43,658 nucleotides of DNA from Dicyema japonicum (taxonomy: Eukaryota > Animalia > Dicyemida): the NCBI GenBank assembly GCA_011109175.1, contig RDEW01000128.1, positions 10,032 through 53,689 on the forward strand, read 5' to 3'. Shown here piece by piece: positions 36,991 through 43,658 of the stretch (position 1 is its first letter; each line of letters begins with the position of its first letter). The notes below the pieces were generated by a model. It was given only the letters and a program-made list of their open reading frames with translations, was not told the origin of the DNA and made no database searches. The translations under genes and the position numbers were made by a program.

Positions 36991-39900
36991 ATGTTGGTAT
37001 CACTCTAGCTTTGCTGTACCTTGATCCTTAAGATAAGGCCAAATAATCACGATGAACTTTCCTTTGAGGAGATTTTGGAGATCTCTCCATTTTAAAGAAA
37101 TCTCGTATTCGATAGGGTGTTCCAAATGTTGTCTTCATTTAAAATAGCGCTTATCAGGAGTAGACACCTACAACTATGCTACTTCTGCTCATAAAATGGA
37201 TTTTAACGATTTAATGTCCGCGACGGTATGACGTGTGATGAAAATGGAAAAGGGCGAACCTACTTCTCCACCTCTCTTCTGAAGCGGAAACCTGTAATGT
37301 ACTATTGGAGGATGGATTTGGTCGACAATTAATTTTTCTTAGCAGGCGATTATGTAATTATTACTAAGAGCATTAAAGAATAACTAATAATCTTTTTACC
37401 TGCTTAAGGGGACATTTTCATCAAATTACATCCATTTCTAGGAAGTGAAGACATCAAGTCTACTGAGATATACGATCGCAGGGATACACGACGTTTCGAT
37501 CAATTACTAAGGATACGCCAGATCTATAACCCTGAGCAGCCACTTCCAATTTTCATTTCTCTATTGGCCACAGTCTTCCTTTATTTAATGGACTGGGTAT
37601 TTTGATTTAACTTCAATTAAATAACCCATGAACACAAGAAGAAGGATATTAATTATCTTCTAAATTAAGTGATCTCCGTGTCTACATCAAGCTTCCTACG
37701 GTAGGTTTTGGAATCCTGGATTAGTCCTTACAAACAGGAAGCTTCCAGATATAACCTGACTTCCGGTCGACTTGGCCATTTTGGGAAATTCGTTATCCGT
37801 AAGGTAATCCGTGACGTTTCGACGGCAACAAGTTGGGAGTTGATCGAGAATGGGTGTATATGAATCCCCAATTTTAAATAAGTCATTTAAATACATAAAT
37901 TTATTAAATACAAATTAGAATTTATTTTTTATTATATTTCTATATTTATCATGCAAATCCAAAAAAAGAAAAGTTTACGGATTGACTGGGTTTCTCGCAA
38001 CTTCGACAACTCAGCATTTCCGCCGAATCCACGAGATTTGAATATTTAAATCTTTTGAGCGCTGTGTGCCAGAGAACAGCTTCCTCTGCCAATTTTGTAG
38101 ATAGTTCAAAGATTTCATCTCCAGAAAGGATTTTCACAGATTTGGCAGTTTTATCCAAGGTTACACTATGTCCCACAAGGAAAATCACGCCTTTCTATGA
38201 GATAATTCAAGAAAATACTAAAATCTCAATGTTTGGCTCAGCGTAGTAAAACAGCATATTAGCTTTAAGGGACACAAAACAGGACCTGGTTTTTTTTCCG
38301 GGAGTTATCAGATCAGCACACCCTGAGCAGAGTGTAGGGATTGAACTCTTGGAAATGGCCACAAGGTGTTCATAATTAATTTTCATATATATTGGCAAAC
38401 TACAATCACGTAATCTATTAATTATTTTTTTAAATAAAAATATTAATTTTTTATATTTTTCTTTTTTAAAGTTAATAAAAAAGTAGTTTTAGTCATTTAC
38501 AGTGGAAAGGTGAGGGAAGTATTTCCACCTCCTTTCTTTCGACCTACATACGTAAACTAGATGATGTAAAAGATGCCCTCTGTACTTTTTGCAACTTCTC
38601 CGAGTTGACGGAAAATTACTTTTTTAATGTCCTTAACTTGTATGGTGTATGTTTATTACGCCAAAGTTGACCGATCTTGAAAGAGACCATCATTTGCGGC
38701 TTCCTATTTAATAGCCACTGATTCCTACAAGTTAGTGAGGCCGAGGTAACAAACTAATGTCTCTTTTAACCATCCTGACTCTGGGCTTCATGTTGACCAC
38801 ATGACTCACTCTAGTGGAACGAAGGAAGATAGGAATAGAGGAGTAGAAAAGAAACCTTCGACCATATAGCAATCGGAAGACCAACAAATGATCTTCCTGG
38901 AAGCACTAGGATTCCATCATTTTAAAATCCTCATTTATTGAATTATTTTTGACGTTACTAATATCTTGCGAATAATCAGCGGCGGAATATGAAATGAGTC
39001 GTAATTTCTTACTGATAGCTGTCATGCATACTTCCTCCCGCAATCGTCGATTCATAATTTGTATTATCTGATGTCCCACTTCCCACTAGAATACTAGGTT
39101 GCTGCATTTAGGAAGTAGGCCATCGGGATATAATAATAATAAAGCCTTTTCACGAGAGCCATAGTATTTATAGCTACGCATAGGCAGGACACACACTTTA
39201 TTTAAGTAAAGAACAGTTAATTTTAACTAATCGTAGAACCAAGGAATGATCTTCACTTCTTTTTTCTTTTTCTTGTATGTGAGTCCTTTCTAGACAATCC
39301 AGTTCCGCAGTGAGTATCCACTGATGACGGCGTCACTCGTCAAACCCCTTCTGCATCGTAGATGCGTGGAACCTTCCACCAGGTGAACAGCCAGCGAGAA
39401 TCGACCCGTAAGTTACTTTAGCCCGACACCTGACCACTACGCACCCATCGGGATATCCGACGATTATTAAATTTGTATAAAAAGTTTTTGATTTTATAAT
39501 CATAGACGGCCCGAGATTTAAGAGATCAATATCTTTCAAGAAGAAATCACTATCCAATTCCTAGAATACGGAAGAAGAAATCGCTATGCTTGCTATGCTT
39601 ATATCCAAGTTATAGAAGAAGTCGATATGTTGATATTCAAGTAGTTTAATAGCAGGGAGAGGTCGCGTTATGGCTTATATACACAACACTGGTTATATAG
39701 ATCAAGACTTTGTTTCATGAACAATGCAACCTTTCGTTTTCCTTTGCACGCCGACGAAATTACGACGTGAGATATCAGAAACGCGTATTACAACAAATCG
39801 AGTCGATATGGCAGTTTTTTGGATTCGATTCCTTTCCAGCAGAAAAACTCAGAGATATTTGGCAGTGATGGTATCCTCCAAGTAAACGAGAAGACCCCTA

Positions 39901-40172
39901 CTTATTCGAGAGGACCACACAACCAAGTAAAAAATAAACCAAATTAAGAATTTAATAACAGATCGAGTAAATTTTGTGATTCAACGGTACGTCTCCCAAA
40001 AACCCCATAAAAAGATATCAACGTCGTCTAGGATAATTTAGAGAACCCCACGTTTGAGACTGCTTCAAAGGATGTCGAAGCACACTCGAAGAATTTCTCC
40101 TCTTTGAATGCTTAAATAAGAACTTACGCATATTTTTTATTAGTCAAGTAAATTTCGAACATGACCACCTGA

Positions 40173-40541
40173 TTATTCCGAGAAAATCATCCTCCGTAGA
40201 AGAAGTAGACTATAGTCACAAGGAAGAGTACATTCCAAGTCGATCTCTACGAAGAACCTGAAAACCTCTTCCTCCGCCATAAAGCTGATTTTAGTGTTGT
40301 TTTTCCCCACCGAATAGATCACTTCTTTATCGGTCCCCAATAAGGTCAGTCCATTATTAATTTTAACACTAACGGGGCCGATCCACGTTTTCGATGTGAT
40401 CACGAAACAGTTGAAGAACTCGTTAACTTTAGATGACTGATAAATAGAAACCATTTTGCTTTTGGACTGCTTTTTATCTCCACCAGACTTGTGAGGCCTT
40501 GCCTTGGACTGCTGTTGAGTTTTTTTGGGCATTTCTCCCAT
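40173..40541 (-). CDS. Possible first exon of a host gene; unknown function
   Basis: 122-aa ATG-initiated ORF in an otherwise TE-poor region (37000-40550). No recognisable motif. Confidence 0.25.
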   Translation of the reverse strand: MGEMPKKTQQQSKARPHKSGGDKKQSKSKMVSIYQSSKVNEFFNCFVITSKTWIGPVSVKINNGLTLLGTDKEVIYSVGKNNTKISFMAEEEVFRFFVEIDLECTLPCDYSLLLLRRMIFSE

Positions 40542-41161
40542 CGACTATAATACGTTTTTATATTAGATATTACATAATCTGTTACTTCATACCTTTGTTA
40601 GCCATCTCCCATATCATAATGCTTATTTATCCCGGTTTTGCAAAAATTGGAGATTGTTGAGGATTTTCTGAGTCATTATTACATCTAGTCTTTACATGCC
40701 GAGCAGGATCGTATACGAGGAAATTAGTCTCTCTCATCAAGATCACGGAAGCTAACTGGAGGCTCTTTGGTCTAATTCACTTGGAAACTCCAGACCCCAG
40801 GTAACGTGGAGGACTATTTTACCTCTAATGAATCTGTGAGCGGCTAAGATTTACTCTCATATCGTCTGGACAAAGACCTCCAGAGGTTTGGGAACGACTC
40901 TGATAGGGAGATGACAAGGATGAACTATGCGACGGAAAAAAATGGAGGAGACTAAAACTTCTTTTAGTTTCCAAAATTGAACATGCTTTGTCCTGACCAT
41001 ATCATCATTTTAACAGATAAGATTCCAATCGAGTGCAGAAGATACCAATCCAACGTTCATTAAAACACAGGGTTCTGATGTCTATCGAGTCCAAAAGAAA
41101 GACTGGAGCATCTGTCATAAAGCACGTGCAATTTAACTACATAACCACCTCAATTTTTTCT

Positions 41162-41590
41162 GGTTGAGGTGGTAACAACGCCTCTATTGCACCATGTCTT
41201 ATTCGTATTCCTTACCGACTTATTCGTTCACTCTGAGATCTTTTAATTGCAGTGGACTTAAACAACCTTACAAGAAACACCAACTGACATGCGACCTAAC
41301 AAAATACAACGTCTCTGTCTGCTCTCTAAAGAGAAAAAATGACTGTACAATATACAGAACTGTTTGGCAAATTCTACCTTTTTACCCTCCCATCGGCTTG
41401 CCGACATTATGGTCTCGTATTTTCAGTCCATCAGGATCTGATTCGCTGTGTTACAATAGTGTGCCAGCATCTGACATTATAATGGAAATGGCGGACACCT
41501 GAACTACCTATAGAACTAGCGCGCAACGGAAGATCATGACGGAGAGGATGATTCGGAATAAATCAGAAAGTCTATGAGGGACGAATGTCT
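41162..41590 (+). mobile_element. Internally deleted, decayed RTE copy related to RTE-1
   Basis: Conserved 5' leader, then MSYSYSLP...FNCSGLKQPYKKHQL, then a jump at ~41475 to sequence resembling the last codons of RTE-1. Confidence 0.75.
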
Positions 41591-41669
41591 GAGAACGGAT
41601 TGACCATTTTCCAATCGTGAGACAAACGAACAGGTGTAACGGTGCCGTTGGTGTAACACCTATAATTTT

Positions 41670-41980
41670 TTACCAAATTATTATTAATAGAGTCCTCCAC
41701 CAAGCTTAATCTTTCTGTCTTTACGGATAACGAAGTATCTGAGAAAGGTGGGGGTTAGTATGTTTGCTTGTAGCTTTGTCTCTTAGACTAGAGCAATGTC
41801 AATTTCATTTCTATTGATTAAATGGCGGACTTCCAGCGGCTTGTTTTGTATTCCGTTAATATTGATCTGGACCAGGTTGATTTCAGGGCCAGGGTTGGAT
41901 TCGAAGTCACCACACAAAATTAGAGCGTACCTGGAAAACCATCCTCTTTCATGGGTAGGGATAAAAAAATAATATATCAA
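41670..41980 (-). pseudogene. 5' fragment of a 2A-family LINE (2A plus start of APE)
   Basis: GWFSRYALILCGDFESNPGP (41885-41944), followed by QINING, ETKL and RKDR...GGG. Confidence 0.82.
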
Positions 41981-42009
41981 ACAAGCTTCAGAAATCTGGG
42001 ATACTAAGT

Positions 42010-42600
42010 GCTCTTGATTTTTCTAATAAAAATCTTTCGCCAGAAATCTACTTATACTTTCGAAATTGTTACGGATGACTTTGAAGCTAAAGTCATATTT
42101 AGCAAATATGGATATCAACCATTCTGGGTTACATATACAAAAAATATCCTCAATTATGGAATAAAATCGAAACATTTCCTTCGACATATCTAGTTGAAAG
42201 AGGATTTAGTGCAGCTTCTAATATTTTGATCAAAAAAAGAAATAAACTACAAAATGTAAATAGAGAAGATTTGAGACTAAGTTGGTCAACTATGGAAGCT
42301 GACATAAAGGGATTGACAAATCTCATCAAACACAAGGCTTTGTATAACTAAAATTGGTTTCATATAACAAAAAAGATGATTTTTGTGAATAAACCTTTTA
42401 ATTTTTAAAAATAATTAGTAATATTTGATAATATTAAAATTTTGTCAGTTGGCATTGCACTTACTTTAATGATGGAAAAAAAGTTTCGATGTACAAACCC
42501 GCAATTGAAAAAAATTAAATCTTAAGAGGACGCTGAAATTTTGAAGCTTTAAAATTGTATCAAAAGGGGGCGCTAACTTAAAAAAGGTTAAGAACCACTG
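42010..42600 (+). mobile_element. 3' fragment of a Charlie/Buster-type hAT transposon
   Basis: KYPQLW, FPSTYLVERGFS and KKRNKL...DLRL; the terminus AAGGTTAAGAACCACTG matches the CAGTGGTTCT-type TIR. Confidence 0.82.
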
Positions 42601-42699
42601 TGGTAGGCCATTAAATACAGTTTAAATTTAAACGGAAGAAGGGTGATAAGAATGAATGGAAGAAAAAAGAAAACATTTTTTGATAATAAATATTATAAT

Positions 42700-43440
42700 G
42701 ACTTTATGGCGATTTGCCCCTTGTTGAGCAGCTTAACCAAGATGATTGAATAGGTATTTTTCATGTGTCGCAAAAGTAGTTTGATGTGTCTGAGTAGATT
42801 ATTCTTTATTTCACAAGTATTTATTGCTTTTTTTCCTTTGAAAATAATATTTTATTATTACTAAATTTCGGTGAAAAATTGAAATAACATGCATTTACTC
42901 TTATCAGAAATTGAGGTTAATCCTCTTCCAAAACTATTCCAGCTGAGATATAATCTTTCTTTGTTAGCAGAGTTTAACTGCACTCGTAATTTAGAGAGTA
43001 TACGCCGGATTTCTAAATCAATAGCTTCGAATTCACGTGGTTCAATGTCGATAAGCCCAAAATAATAATTATTTAGCGAGAGTGCGTATTCAGTTATCGC
43101 TTTAAACAAGTTTCGCCAGCATCTCTATCCTTTTCTTCACATTTTCAGCAACTTTTCCCATTACTTTATCTTTCATAACCTTAACTTCTTTATCTTCTAA
43201 CACTCCAAGATAGCGATATCCCTCACAACCATCCAGATAACTTGTATCTTTGACACATTTCAGATTAGTTAGACTTTTCACAGTTTTTTAAGGCCAACAA
43301 CACCCAGATATTCATCAATATCCTCCATCATTTTTAGAATAGTATCTTCATATTCGGCAATTATTTTCAGGTCGTCAAGAAAAAGAAAATGGTTAGTCGC
43401 ATATGTCACAATAGACGGATCACTCTATTGGTCATAGAGT
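42700..43440 (-). pseudogene. R4/Dong-like RT fragment
   Basis: TNHFLFLDDLK, YRYLGV and ANKERLYL...GRGL. Confidence 0.8.
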
Positions 43441-43658
43441 GATGTAAATCTCTAGAATTCGTTTTAAAAAGTGAACTGTAGGTATCCTTGGAGCTTCTAC
43501 CTTGATCTCGATCTTGTGTTCTCTAAAACAGATTAAGTATTAGAGAACAAATTACTCGTGTTTAGAAAAGTCTTATAACAACGCTGTTCCTATACGAATG
43601 CCCTTAGTAATTTGCAGATTTGCCTCAGGCATAATAATAGACTTTTTTTAAAGTCATT

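Overview
AT-rich eukaryotic genomic DNA that is mostly a nested transposable-element cluster; it is not prokaryotic, and no CRISPR array or rRNA is visible. It contains: (1) five RTE-clade LINE copies, including one intact 980-aa APE+RT ORF at 36-2978 and a TSD-flanked near-intact copy at 29659-32684; (2) about eight pieces of an I/Jockey-group (possibly Ingi/Vingi-like) LINE family whose ORF starts with a virus-like 2A/StopGo motif and which has internally deleted derivatives; (3) R4/Dong-like and CRE-like restriction-like-endonuclease retrotransposons, the CRE-like one with an N-terminal PHD finger; (4) a decayed Helitron, a pogo/Tigger element, a MULE, two hAT elements and a 72-bp fold-back MITE. 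The main observations are a complete hAT element whose transposase is split by four 25-27-nt GT-AG introns (similar micro-introns occur in nearby host-like sequence, suggesting a micro-intron host such as a dicyemid; this is inference), the 2A-LINE family with an extended conserved GWF-x4-L-x2-C-x-D-x-E-x-NPGP motif, and covarying 5' and 3' RNA hairpins conserved across divergent RTE copies. Many frameshifts are single-base indels in or beside homopolymer runs and there is an N gap, so some apparent pseudogenes may be assembly errors. Boundaries of decayed fragments are approximate.
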